DNA of 63,381 nucleotides, counting the filler, from Octopus bimaculoides (taxonomy: Eukaryota), in NCBI RefSeq assembly GCF_001194135.2. It is 4 parts of 4 records of this genome, joined end to end, with 100 filler letters (N's around TTAATTAATTAA, not from the genome) between each part and the next. Parts side by side here need not be neighbours in the genome. Positions count along the whole stretch, not along the records: positions 24,989 to 50,720 come from NC_068985.1; positions 50,821 to 55,300 come from NC_068981.1; 2 more parts are not named here. One strand, given 5' to 3'. Position numbers and translations under genes: made by a program. The notes under the pieces are model-generated. The model made no database searches, was not told the DNA's origin, and saw only the letters and a list, made by a program, of their open reading frames with translations. Shown here one piece after another: positions 38,412-52,218 of the stretch. Position 1 is the first letter of the stretch. Each line of letters opens with the position of its first letter.

Positions 38412-39800
38412 CATCATCATCACCATCATCATTTAGCATCTGTTTTCTATGCTGGCATGGGTTTGACTGGAACTGGTAAGCCAGAGAGTTGTAACAGGCT
38501 CCAGTCTGATTTAGGCTTGGTTTCTACAGCTGGATGCTCTTCCTAGTCATTCCAGGATTGTAGTGTATGCCTTTTACATGTCACCATCATGAGTACTCTT
38601 TATGTGACACCGACACTGTCCATGGCTATATTTTCACTTTGCCTGGCAAGTCTTCTCAAGCACAGCAAACGACCATAGGGTCTTGATCATTTGTCATCAT
38701 CTATGTGAGACTCAACATATGAAGATCATGCTTCACCACCATGTCCCATGTCTTCCTGGGTCTACCTCTTCCACAAGTTCCCTCCATATTTAGGGATTGG
38801 CACTTCTTTGCACAGCTGTCCTTATCCATACACATCACACGACCATACTAGCACAGTCTTCTCTCTGGCACACCACATCTGATGCCTCTTACACTTGATT
38901 TGTTTCTCTTAAGACGCTTACACTCTGTCATATGTCCACACTGACATTGGACATCCAGCGAAGCATACTGGCTTCATTTCTTTCAAGACTTTACATGTCC
39001 TCTGCAATCACAGCCCATGTTTCACTGCTGTATAGCATGGCTATTCACACACAGGCATCATGCAATCTGTCTTTCTCTGAGGGTGAAGCCCTTTATTACC
39101 AACAAAACTCTGAACTTTGCCTGGCCTATCCTTATTCTAGCAGCTACACTCTCAGAGCATCCACCTCCATTGCTGACTTGGCGACCCAAATAACAGAAGC
39201 TCTCAACTACTTCTAGGTATCCCCCCTGGCATTTCACAGAGTCTATTTTCTGTACATTTCTTGTGTTAATTGTACCTGTTCACCTGCCACACACAAAATC
39301 TATTTTCCCTGTTAACCTTCCTCTGATATTGCTGCACCTTTTATGTGTCCATAACTTGCACCAGGTACACCTTATTGAGTTTCTACCTATGCCTTTTCTA
39401 CATATCAAGTAGGGCTGTTTCTTTTTGAAGGGATTTGTGATTTGTCTGCTTTCCTACTTACTAGGACTTTAGTCTTTGCTGAATTAATTCTAAAGCCCTT
39501 GGGTTCTAGACCTTGCTTCCACACCTGAAATTATTTCTCTACTTCTGGTAGTGATTCAGCAATAAGAACAAGACCATCAGCATAGAGGAGCTCCCAGGGG
39601 CAGCCCATCTTAAATTCCTTTGTTATTGCCTGGAGGACTACTATGAACAAGAGGTGGCTAAGGACTGATCCTTGGTGAACTCCTACTTGTACAATGAATT
39701 CATTGCTATATTTGTTGCCAACCCTCACCTTACTGACTACATACCTGTACATGGGTTGTACAGATCTCATTAACCACTCATCTACCCTTAGTGGTTGGTG
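38412..39800 (-). mobile_element. 5'-truncated RTE-clade LINE, decayed
   Basis: RT motifs VGVHQGSVLSHLLF and WELLYADG on the minus strand, GRPRKTW-region DNA at ~38750, and a (CAT)n tail at ~38412-38432. Confidence 0.9.
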
Positions 39801-41149
39801 CAATAATTTAAAGTAATAACTTAAAACAGGAAAAAATATGAATTGATAATTTAAATTTTCATAGAAACCAACTGAAAAAATATAAAATGTTATTCTGTAT
39901 CTTGAATGAATGTTTTGCTCAAAGTGTAATCAAAAAACAGTTGAGAAGAATTCTAGACTTCTGACTCTCTATATCAAGCACTGGTGCCATAAAATATATA
40001 TACTTATCTTATTGTGTAAATAGATGTCCCAAGGGACATATCTGGCTATTTATTGAAGCAATCAAAACTTAAAACGTATATATTTTTTGAAGGAACAAAT
40101 ACTTACACACACACACACAAAGTTACTGGTGTACCTCAGTTAATAAAAATATAGATACTCTGTTTTATATATTATGTTCTGTTTCTCCTATTTGTAAAAA
40201 AAAAATTAAATATAATCAACATAAACTTCATTTGAAGTAGTGTTAATGTTTTTTTTATTGATGCGTTTCTTACATTTGTTTCTTAAAGATTTATGAAACA
40301 TTAAAATTTTAGAAGCTGATGGCCATCAGGTTGTGATATTGTTAATGTCTTCCTGAAGGAAATCTGCTATTTAAAGTGAAGTGGGATTTGCAAAAATATA
40401 AATACAAAAAACAGAGAAAGAAAAGTCTACGTAGAAAATTGTCGTTTTTGATATGACATATTTCATATTTTTCTTTTCAAAATTGAATAGATTAATATAG
40501 TATATAAATGCAGCTTGTATTTAATTGTTTGTCTTATAAATTTGTCAAGGGAAGAAGTGCAATGCACCTGACCTTTGGAAACCCTCTATAGATCAGGGAG
40601 ATTACTGTGGCTGATACCCAGGCTGAACATTTGTGCGTCAATGTTTGCAAGAAACGAAAAGAAAAAAATCCTGGGCAGCCAAGGGAAGCTTAGAGTCTGA
40701 TCCAGGTGCTTTTCAAAAGTGAATTGATTTAAAGACACTTATGGATGAAATAGTGGTGTTAGAATAGAGGAAAGGTTCCACTCAAACTATTAATCCCTTC
40801 TTATTGCAAGCAACAAGCAACATGGAAAATATGATGATGACGACGACTGTCATTATCCTGGTTCAGAAAATACTAATGTTATGTTGAGTTGAAAGAGGAG
40901 CAGACATTTCATTAGCAATGTAGGCTTAGGGGAATAAGAATTATGAATATAATTTTGTGTGGTTTCTGGAGTGTAAAAATAAGCAGATAGAATTGACTGA
41001 ATGCACATGTTGAAGTAGTTATGATATAGACTGGTGCTAATGATTATTGAATAAGAAACAATATATTAGTGTAACAAGAGAGAAAGAGAGAGCGAGAGAG
41101 AGAGAGAGAGGGAGAGAGAGAGAGAGAGAGAGAGNNNNNNNNNNGAGAA

Positions 41150-41187
<38 letters not shown>

Positions 41188-42199
41188 TGAGAGATGTATT
41201 TATGAGTCAAATGGGTTTCTTCTGAACTTAACTATATCTGTAAGAAACTGAAGTTTTGACCATTATCTATATTCTTCATAATGGAAGAGAATTTTTTCTA
41301 ACTAACCATTGTAGACTGTTGCAGTTTTAAGTAATTATGGCTAAGAGTTGTTTCTTATGTATTGCACCTCCTCAGATGTGACCGGGAAATAGTTGTGACA
41401 AAGGGTAATCCTATTTGCTTAAGCTCAAACTTTATATGTGTAGCGCCAACTAATTTTTACCCCATACAATGTATAAAAACAAAACCAGTATCTTTACACT
41501 CACCCCCACCCCCACCACACACATGAAATTTCTTTATAATGGAATTGATGAAGAATAAAAAAAAGTTGTAATGAAAAATTCATTATATTGAAATAACCAA
41601 ACAGATTGTTGCTGTTTAATTCTGTGGATGTCAAATACCCACCTCCTCACATTTTTTTAAAAACATTTCTATGAATTTCTGTTTTTCAACAATGGAGATT
41701 ATGATTTTGTCCAGATAACTTTGCAGAATTTTAATTTACCCCCAACACCAGTATTTTGTTTATCAAATTTTTAAAACATTTCTTTTCAAATTCAATATTN
41801 NNNNNNNNNNNNNNNNNNNNNNNNNNNNNNNNNNNNNNNNNNNGGGGAAAGGAAATTACAATTCTGTAAACAAATAAACAAATTTTTTTTTAATGAAATT
41901 TCAATATTTTTTTGAAATGCTATCTTCTCTCGCCTTTCGGAATACCAACACCACTCAAGCCCTATATCAATGATCTGCATGTTATTAAACTTGTCCACTC
42001 ATTCGGGCATACATGGATATGTGTTAAACTAGGAGATAAAGTGAAGGAGGCCTCAATGTAGTTACTTTTACATGCTAGAAATAACTGCCAAATCTCTGGA
42101 AAAAACTGTTTTACGAAATTAAAAACTTTTAAATCACTCTTCCTCTGACTGTTGGAATGAAGATAAGTGTAACAGTAAATAAAGAACTCGGCGTTTTCA

Positions 42200-43830
42200 C
42201 ACCATTCTTATGCAAATCAGCAAACCTGTAAGTTCTTTACCGCTACAGACGTAAAAAGGAAGGCAGTAACAATTGATTACATAGACATCAAAGAAGAGGT
42301 AATACCAGCCACAGATTGGATAGATGCAAACTCAGCTGCAGGCTCTGATGGATTCCCAACAGTCCTCAAACCATGCAAATGCACTCTTGAACAACCACTG
42401 CAGCTCCTTTTCAGAGCTTCCTTGCAAGTGGTAAGCTCTCAGGTGAATTGAAGGAGGGAATAATTTGCCCCCATCTATAAAAGAAAAAGGCAGAGCAGTT
42501 GCTAAAAGCCACAGGGCTATCTCTCTGACCTCACACATCAGCAGAGTCATGGAACAAATTGTCTGAAGAGAATTCATTGCATTCATTGAAGAAAATGATT
42601 TGCTGATTGACACCCAGCATGGTTTTCAACCAGGTAGAAGCTACGTGACACAAACGCTTACAGCATTATGACAGGATGCTAAAGAAGATGCTCAAAAAAT
42701 CAAATGTGGATATGATTGATCCTGACTTTGCAAAAGCCTTTGATGAAGTCAACTATGGTATGATATGTCACAAGTTGCATGATCTTGGCTTAGAAAACTT
42801 TGAGAGTGGCTACATAACTTTTTAAGAATTAGAAGTCAGGCAGTAGTGACCAATGGATCCACCTCCAAGGAAACATAGTGAGCGGTGTTCCACAGAGCAC
42901 TGTCTTAGGGCCACTGCTATTCCTAGTGGCTCTCACAGACATGCCCTCAGCTGCTCACCCTTGCTCATTATGCAGATGATAGAAAACCCTGGGAATGTTG
43001 AGCTCCTGCAACAGAAGTTGGATGTAATACACAGGTGGGCTGAGAATGATAACATGCAGTTTAATGCTGGAAAATTCCAAACTCTGTGCTACCAGTACAT
43101 GATGCTGAATGAAATGCAAACAAGATACATTAGTCCAGCAGGGATACTAATTGCTGAATCAAAATCAGTGTGTGACCTGGGCATTGACATGAATAATGAT
43201 GCATCTTTCCAGATGCATTTTAGTAAATTGGAAATAAAATGCAGGTGGATGGCCAGACAGATCCTTAGAACTTTCAGAATGAGAGAACGAGAAACCATGA
43301 TGGCCCCCTGGAGGACATTTGTCCTCAACCACTTAGATTACTACTCGCAACTATGGCTACCATACTAAAATTATCAGTGGAACTTGAAGCAATTTAGCAA
43401 AAATAAACAAAGATTACCTCAATTCGACATTTCAGTAACTGGGAAAGGCTGAAAAAATTTAGACTACTCACTAGAATGAAGATGAGAAAGACATGCAGTG
43501 ATATATATCTGTTAAATTCTGGAAGGACGTGTACCAAACCATGACATTGAAAGTTACACAGAATGGAGTGCCACTGCATAGTACCAAAGATCCTAATACT
43601 ACTATTGGGATACAGGACAAGATACTACAACAGCTTGGATTTCAAGGGCCCACAGCTTTTCAATATCCTCTAAAAAAGCCTGAGAGACCTACATGGGGTG
43701 CATGTAGGTGTTTTCAAAACAAAATGATCTCCTCCTGTTAAGAATTCCAGGTAAAAATAATTTGTGGTAGGAAGCATAGATGAGGGTAGAAACATCAAAC
43801 TCCCTCATTCATCAAATGTCACTCATCAAA
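42200..43830 (+). mobile_element. CR1-type LINE reverse transcriptase remnant
   Basis: Frameshifted motifs SAAGSDGFP, ICPIYK, TQHGFQPGRS, DFAKAFDEV, VLGPLLFL and LDYYSQLW. Confidence 0.85.
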
Positions 43831-44152
43831 GGAGGTCCCAAGAAGTGAAAATGAGCTGAAACTAGTAGAAGATAAAAGATAATAAAAATTTGGGATGTGG
43901 TGGATTAATTTAAAATTTGGAGAAGTTTTTCGTCCAAACTCATAATCTCTGTTTCTGAAAACATAGAATTCCAGAGAAATATTTATAAAAAAAAAAAGTC
44001 GGGAGGTGGGTATTTGATATATCTACCCTTTATACTTTACATATTCATTAAAAATATGCAAATTGCTTTGTTCATAGTCAGTGGTGGGCATGGTACTGCA
44101 AATTTGCTAACAGCTAATTAGCAAAGCTAACTTTTTGGTTATCTGTGCTTAC

Positions 44153-44190
44153 CACTGATCATAGTAGAAGGAAATTTTCTAATTTTCCAT
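44153..44190 (-). CDS. candidate 38-nt exon (WKIRKFPSTMIS)
   Basis: T-rich acceptor ending CACAG, donor GTG|GTAAGC, one open frame. Confidence 0.15.
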
Positions 44191-46499
44191 CTGTGACCAT
44201 TAGTAAAAATAAAAAGCATTCCAACCATGACTATCCCATGTATCTATTGGAATAAGAAGTTTTCTGTCTAATTTTCCAGTAGTAACCATCCTATCTTTTT
44301 GGTGATGGATTAAATTTCGTTTTCCCACATTAGTTCCTTTCCAGGGTTTCATCATTCCTGAAAGAGAAACCCCTCCTTGAACTCCTTTCACTACTGTCTA
44401 TCACTGGCCAGTTGTGGCCATATAGGTCCCAGGTAATGGGTGAGATTATCTCTGTCTTTGGTCAGCTTCTTAATCTTGTCCATTGTCTTTGTATCCATTC
44501 CATCACACTGATTGTCCACCTGTTGTCTTTCTATCACAAAATGTGGCAAGCCCATCTATATTTTTTCTCCTTGATGGTCCTTATGATGTCATTGACTCCT
44601 GTGTGCTTTCGTATCCAAACATTAATTTTCTGTCTCACATTAATAAGAATGAAAATTTCAACTGTGATCATCCTGTCTATTTTTTCAAATTATTATTTCA
44701 ATTCAATGGTGATAAGAGAAACAAAATCAATAAGAGACCAAAAATGAATCAAAATTAAAGCTAATAGAATTTATGAAGAGTCCCCTAAAGGCTATTGTAT
44801 TTAACTATATGCAGTCCTTCAATTTGGCATTTTTTGAAGCACCTGATAGCTCTCTATCTGATACCTAGTTAATGGGACCATTAAAATTTGTACATTTTTT
44901 AGTGCATGAGCACAGAGCAAATTAAATTGAAATGATTTGTTTTGATTTAATTTTATGAAATTTCTATTTTTGATTGTAAATTAGAAAAACTATCAGATGA
45001 ACACACATAAACACCTTTGTATTTTGTGCCTACCTCTGACACAGCTGTATGTTAATATGGTGTTTGACCTCTTAGTAATTCCATTGTTCCTGCTCTAGCT
45101 GAACTATGTGTATGTATGTATGTATGTATGTATGTATGTATGTATGTATGCATGTATGGATGGATGGTTAATGTGCATGTATGCATGCATACCTGACTTG
45201 ACAAAACTGTTATCTTAAAAGTATTTGTTTTTCATTGTAACAAGAACTTTTTAGTGCTTGGGGGTTTAATTTTGTTTCATTGTACTTAGGTATATGTTGT
45301 AATGAATGTTGTTATAATGAGACTCATTTACTTTTGTTCCAATAGCATTATTGCTGGAGATTGAACAAAAATGGTTAGAATGAAAAATTCATTATATTGA
45401 TATTTATTATAATGGAATTTCACTTGTGTATTTGTGTGTACATGTATGTAATTTTCTTCCAATTATAAAGTGTACATTTCTCAAATAAGACTTAATTTTA
45501 ATATATACACAAAAAATATAAATATTTTTTTTGGCTATTTCAATTGAAGAAGAGATTTATTATTGTTTGAAATATATCTACAGCTATGTTTCCATGCCAG
45601 TTCTGCATAGTCAGATATATTTCATAAATTGCTAGAGCAAAATACTTTACAGCTGAATGCCTTTCCTAATTCCTTTCACTAAATTCATTTGATAACTATT
45701 CTTGTTATTATGGAAACCCATGGGAATCTGAAGCTGTTTGCAAAATATATTCCGAGAAAATACTCACAAAAGATACTGAAAAAAAAAAAAAAAAAAATTG
45801 TGACAGTCAAAACTACCCAAGAGAGCATGTCAAAATATCTGTAGCATAATCCTGAGAATGGCATATTAAAAAAAAAAAAATGTAATGTAAAACGAATTCA
45901 AATAACTTGGGTACATTCTTTTACATAACTCCCACAAGAATGCTTTTTGATTATCTGAGCCAATGCAAAAATGAATAGAAGGAAGCCTAGATAAAATACT
46001 CCTTGGCAGAAGAATGAATTTCCCCAAATCAACTTTTGTTTGTTCAGTTCCAGATGTAGCAACTAAAACTAAATCTAGGAAAAAAAAAAAATGTGTTTGC
46101 AAGTACTTTGTGAAGAAAAACCATAAATGGGAAATTCCAGTGGGGGAAATATTTCTTCCAAGATTAACACGTATTTTAAGACTCATCTCTTGAAAAAAAA
46201 GAAAAAAAAAAAGCTTAATTGTATAAGTAAAAAAAAAGCAAAAAAAAGCACCATACTAGAATATTATCTGTCCCAACAACATATGAGACATTTGTCAAAG
46301 ACATTTTAAGACAAGCAATGTTATTCTTTTTAAAAGTGAATATTTCTCATTCAAAGAAGGCTCTCTTTGTTTTGAAGAATTTTTAAAAGCAAATTTTCAA
46401 GGATTTTGCTGATATAAAAGCAAAATTCTCTTCAGTTACAATGTGAAATATCTGATGTTTGAAATCTATATTGTGAATCCTATTTTCTCTACTTCCAGA

Positions 46500-46720
46500 T
46501 GTTAATGTTTAGCCTCAGATTAATTTTGATCCATCTGATCAAAGGAAATTCAGCCATGGCTGTCCTGTCTTTTTGTATATTTTAAACAACATTGTATTCT
46601 TCTTTTAGAAGGTATGATTTGAGTGAGATTTGGATGTTATTTCTTGTAGGTCAATGACCACACAGAAAAGCTCTCTCAATAGGGAACAAATGTTTGTCCA
46701 AAAGTTCCCCAACACTCAGT
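46500..46720 (-). mobile_element. highly decayed Tc1-like transposase trace
   Basis: Minus strand reads W-LNFL*SDGSKL, resembling W..VLWSDESKF. Confidence 0.3.
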
Positions 46721-48602
46721 TAATTTAGTTGAGGGCTTAGAACTGTGTCTTATCTAAGACTGAGTGGTGATGAAGAAGAGAAATGAGTATTGCACAAAAC
46801 TAAGTGACACAGTATGATCATCACAATAGATATTATCATGAAGTTGACTATTATCATAACTCACTTGTCATAGGATACTTAAACAAAGGTAGATTCACTG
46901 GAAAAATAAAATGAACCTAAGGCAAAAAGAGATGATGTTTAACACCATTTCTTTTTAAAAGTTAATATCTAAAAAAAACAGTACATAAGCTTGAAAACGG
47001 CAATAATTTCTAAAACATTTTATGGTTTTATAGAAACTGTTGATTAGAAATATATTCAACAACCGTGTGCTTAATTGAATCTTCTATGGAAGATACAATA
47101 TCATAATTATTCATTCAATAAAGAAATAGTCTACTTTATTTACACACTATCACTGACAAGAGTATGTAGATTGGAGATGATAAGACAGCACAAGATTTTT
47201 TGTATTACATCATTACATTTTATTGTTGGCTTCAAGTTTCATTGTAACCAAACTTAATTTTGCCTTTTATTCCACTAGAGTTGATAAAATAATTCTCAGT
47301 AATAATATACTAGTATACATTTCGCTAACTTATACTAAACCTTTTACAATGATCGGTCTCATCCACACCCTAGTTTTCCTTGTCCACTCTTTCCACTTTA
47401 CATTGCATGACTGACAGAAATAAAGTGTTATCTTCATCAAAGTGGCTTTTGTTCCCTTTCTTTGATTATTTTATAATCTGTCACTGATTCAACCAAACAG
47501 TTTTACTCAAACTTCCATTAGATTATTTTTCGATTAATGGAGGGTGGGGAGAGTTAGTGTATATTTTGGAATATAAAGGTTAGAGTACCTGTCTTTATAG
47601 TCAGATACCCTTTCTACTCTAATCGATTGATTATGAAGCAGGAAGTGTGACTGCTCCACCTCCACCCATTTTTTGTTCAATCAAGCAAAGATGAAGCAGC
47701 TCATTGCCTTGCTCAGGCACGGTACTGGATAAATAGTAGCCATATGATCAGCTGTGTAGGAATATATTTCTAAGATTGCTCTGAAATAATCTAAAGATTC
47801 CACTTTCTCCAGATAAAATTGTTTTAGAGAAAGTCTAGAACTACATTCTTATCCAGAATTACATCTTGAAAAAGAAAACATTGTTCAAACCTTATATTGT
47901 ATAAAAATCCTTGAGAGAAGCATAGAAATAACATTCCTTGCATTTCCTTATAAATATAAAGTTTTACAGTTATTTCAGAAATCAATATTTGATACCATGT
48001 ATGCACAGGTATAAGAAATCACTACTGGCAGTTAGTTTCTCAGCTGGAAAATCAGCTTTAACTCTAAGGAGTTCAGTCAATCAAACAACATGTAACAACA
48101 TACCTAGGGCAGGTGTGGTTTACAGCAGGAGGCAATAGGAGTTCCATATTATTCATGAATACATTATTGGTTAGCATCAGGTTAGCACCAATGGAATAGA
48201 TCTATGATGAAAGATGCCCTAGCATTGGCTATAGTATCTCTCTTTTTTTCAAGACATAAAGTGTATCTAGAACTACATTACTTAATATGTGCTTCTTTTT
48301 TAAAGACAGAAGGGTGTGATTTGAGGGAGATCTGGTTGCTATTTCAAGCTTGTTGAGCAACAATGTTGCCTGTTGTAGGTTCATAATTCTTGTATATTTT
48401 GTTGTGATGCATTGTTGAGTTAGATCTTACCAGACATGTCACTATGGTCTGTCAAGAAAATAATTCTAATTAAGTGGATAATTAACGAACTTTGAACATT
48501 TGTTACTCAGATAAAGAGTAGTTGAGCCCATAGCCCTTTCTAGCAGGTTCAAAAGGGGAATGCAGTTTATGCTTAAGTTTCAGGTTAGGTGTTTATGTAA
48601 AG

Positions 48603-48643
<41 letters not shown>

Positions 48644-49539
48644 GTGTTATATATATTAATGCACATGTATTTGCCTTATTAAAGTATTCATATAGAACTA
48701 CTGATATACATAACAATTGACAATATAAAATGGCATAATAAAGAACTATTAATATCACAAAGCTATTTGTATACAAGTATTAATATGATAAAGAGTAGAT
48801 CATATAGAATAAATGATATACTATAGACATTCTCAATATCATATTGTGTACATATTAGTAAAGAGTGAGAATCAGTACATTGAGTCAGAAATGACCTGCT
48901 GTATTAAAGTCTACTTGAATTATCTTCTTTTGTGTTGCTGTTGACTTTGCATTTTCGATTTTCAGAGAACAGTGAAGTGCCAGATTAAGTACTGGTGGGG
49001 TTTGAAAAAAAAAGAAACGATAAAATACCTTGAAGGTAGTGTTCCAACAGGGCCGCAATCCAATGGTTGAAACCATTAGAAGAACAGAGACATTTATTGC
49101 TAGCTATTGATATAGAATGTGTGTAGTAAGTTGATAGGAATGACACAGAGCCAGACAAAGCATCTTACAGATATTTAGTTCCATAATTCTACATTTGGAG
49201 TTTCTATTTCATTATCCCTTTAGAGTGACAAGTTTTTCATCCCTCCTCACTCTCTGTTCTAAAATTACTGAACTATGTAACAGTAATATTCTGGGATGAT
49301 TCAATTGGTTAAGTGACCCCTCTTTTACAAAACTTATCTTAGGCTTTGTAATAGAAAATGATTAGCAATTTTTCATTTATTTTTCTTTCAAAATAACTTT
49401 TCAGGGCTTTTTTTTCAGTGGTGGAAAAGAGAGAGTAAGCTGACTTTAGACTGGAAACCTGGCCCAAATGTATGCAACAGAATCAGCTTTGCTGGAGATT
49501 CCCAAGGGCCGAGTAGTTAAACAAACTAAACCTATCACC

Positions 49540-49698
49540 TAAGAGCAGGCTTCTACACAATTTCCCTCTACAAATTTTGCACACAAGACTTTCATTGACC
49601 TGAGGCTTTGGTACAAGACACTTGCCCAAGGTGCCATACCGTAGGATAAACCATGAAATCACGTCATTGCAAAGTGAACTTCTTCATACAACCACGCC
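49540..49698 (-). mobile_element. diverged SINE family B
   Basis: AAGACACTTGCCCAAGGTGCCA..ACCACGCC is the reverse complement of the family B core. Confidence 0.7.
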
Positions 49699-50435
49699 TA
49701 CTGCAACACAAAAGTAAAAATAGACAACAGACAACGTATACGTATATAATATATGCATGTGCGTGTGTGTGTGTGTGCGTGTGCATGTGTGTGTGTGTGA
49801 GTGAAATAATATACTACAACAAATTATTTTCCTCTTCTTTTTTTTTTTCTTTTTGCATTACAAAATACACAATACAGAAAGGAAAAAGAAGAAAAAAAAA
49901 GTGACTTTTAATAAAAGAAAATTAAAATCACGAAAATAACGGTGAAAATTTGCAGTGATTTATCAAAATACAAAACAGAAAATGTGCAGACTTAATATAT
50001 ATATAATCAAAGAATTGTTTGTCAACCCTTAAACTTCTCCTTCTTTCTGTAAGTTCTATACTGAATGGGAATGGTATTAGTTTATAAGAATTTTCTATTT
50101 TATTATATTTTTAAAAGAAAATAATTTGCATGGAGGATATAGAAAATATAAATGAAAATATTTAGACATCTAATTTTGAAAATTATTAATTTAGCAAAAT
50201 AAAATCTAAGACTAAAGACAACTGCAATTAGTGTGTAATTAATAAGTCACTTTTAAATTGTAATCACTTCAATGATGTAAGAAAGAAAAAAGAAATTAAA
50301 GATTTTAAAATTGGCATTATGGAATGTAAAAATAAAGGAAAAAAATCTTTAAAAATATAATGATATTAATATTTAATTTAATTTAATCTAAACAATTCTC
50401 TTGTTGTCTATGTATGTATATATATATATATATAA

Positions 50436-50720
50436 TTTTGTTTAAAAGAGTTCCAACACTGTCTGTTTTTTATGTTTTATTTATATTCCTGCAGAACCAA
50501 TGTGGGGTATAGAATATGGAATATACAATATATAATATAATATACAATATATAATATAAAATAAAATAAAATAAAAATGGATGGCACCATGAAAGAAAGT
50601 ATTGAATGTAGATGAAATATTGAGTGTTCAATATAAAGGATCAAATATATAAATATAAAAATATAAATATATAAAGGCGACTCGAGTTTCAGGGCTATTT
50701 CCCTTCGTCATGGCCGGTAT
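50436..50720 (-). mobile_element. ~290-bp dispersed repeat (Penelope-like end), copy 2
   Basis: Near-identical to 24573-24863. It ends at the artificial spacer. Confidence 0.8.
50676..50715 (-). ncRNA. minimal type-I hammerhead-like motif (identical to 24819-24858)
   Basis: The same 40-nt sequence as copy 1. Confidence 0.55.
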
Positions 50721-50820
50721 NNNNNNNNNNNNNNNNNNNNNNNNNNNNNNNNNNNNNNNNNNNNTTAATTAATTAANNNNNNNNNNNNNNNNNNNNNNNN
50801 NNNNNNNNNNNNNNNNNNNN
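50721..50820. other. artificial assembly spacer N44-TTAATTAATTAA-N44
   Basis: Identical 100-bp construct. Confidence 0.95.
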
Positions 50821-50882
50821 ATATATATATATATATATATATATAGTTTCACCACTCCATTTCTTTTTGCATTAGCAAAACC

Positions 50883-50928
<46 letters not shown>

Positions 50929-51174
50929 TCTCCGACAAATCTGCTCTCAGCCTGCTACTTATTCTATCGAATCGTTTGCCCAACCGCTAAGTGACGAGGA
51001 TGTAAATATACCTACACCGGCTGTCAAGTGGTGGTGGGGAGCAAACATAGACATAAAGACACACACACGCATACATATTCATATAAATATATATTTGTGT
51101 TTGTATGTATATATGTGTGTGCATGTGTGTGTGTGTGTGTGTGTGTGTGTCTGTGTGTGTGTGTACGCGTTACC

Positions 51175-51307
51175 CTTCTTTCAGTTTCCGTCTACCAAAT
51201 CCATTTATAATGTAGAAGAGACTTGGCCAAGGTACCACACAGTATGACTGAACCCTGAACCATGTAGTTAGGGAGTAAACCCTTTACCACACAGCCACGA
51301 CTGCGCC
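51175..51307 (-). mobile_element. SINE family B (internally deleted)
   Basis: CTTTCAGTTTCCGTCTACCAAATCC..CCAAGGTACCAC..TTACCACACAGCCAC. Confidence 0.8.
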
Positions 51308-52056
51308 TAAAAATGCACGCCGAACATATGTATGTATGTATGTATGTACATGAAGTGTGAAATGTCAGCTTCATAACGGATATGAGCATAGTCACAATCA
51401 GTGAGAGAATACACCAACCATTATTCCAGACTAATTAAAGATGGAAATTTGTATCTGTAATCATTATCACACTTGATTATGTTACCAAATGTTTAGACAA
51501 TAAACTTGAAAAAATCCGGTTTTTAAGCAGACAGAAAGATTATCTGTAAAGGAGCCAGTGAAAATATGCAAAACTACTTTTCGAAAGCTACTTTGTAAAT
51601 CTATACAGTTGTTGATGTCGAAATTCCAATAATGAATATTTATTACTTGGTTTACGACGGATACCGTTGCGAAGAAAGAATTCAAAGAATTTAAAAGGAA
51701 GAAGATACACAAGCACAAAGGCATTTGATCAAACATATAACTAAATGTTTCGCATTTTTTTTTAAAGAAAAACAAAACATTGTGATATCGAGACGTTCAC
51801 TCTTTCCATTTTCTAACGACTATATATGAAACTGATCATAACATTATTAATCCTAAATGTATTATGATATATCTCACAGGACCGGATGTAAGTTTTTCTT
51901 TTCTTTTTGTTTTGTTTTTTTCTTTTCGAGTAGAGTGAGGGTTGTGGTTCATTAACCCCATGTTAGACTTATAACCAAAGACATTCAAATCATACCCATT
52001 CGGTCTTTCCTTTTCAAAAATACTACATCTCAGGATATATTATTAATATTGATTTC

Positions 52057-52194
52057 AGATTATGGTACGAGGCCAGCAAATTCAGGAGAGGAGGGTCGAC
52101 GAATACATCGACCCCAACACTCAACTGGTACTTATTTCATCGACCCCGAAAGGATGAAAGGCAAAGCAGACCACAGCAGAATTTCAACTCAGAA
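52057..52194 (-). mobile_element. SINE family A, 5'-truncated
   Basis: CTGGTACTTATTTCATCGACCCCGAAAGGATGAAAGGCAAAG is the reverse complement of the family A core. Confidence 0.85.
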
Positions 52195-52218
52195 CAGGAT
52201 ATATTAATATTACCATAA

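Noticed and set aside
48041-48110. AGKSALT resembling a Ras P-loop
   Set aside because: The GxxxxGK spacing and the other G motifs are absent, so the match is coincidental.
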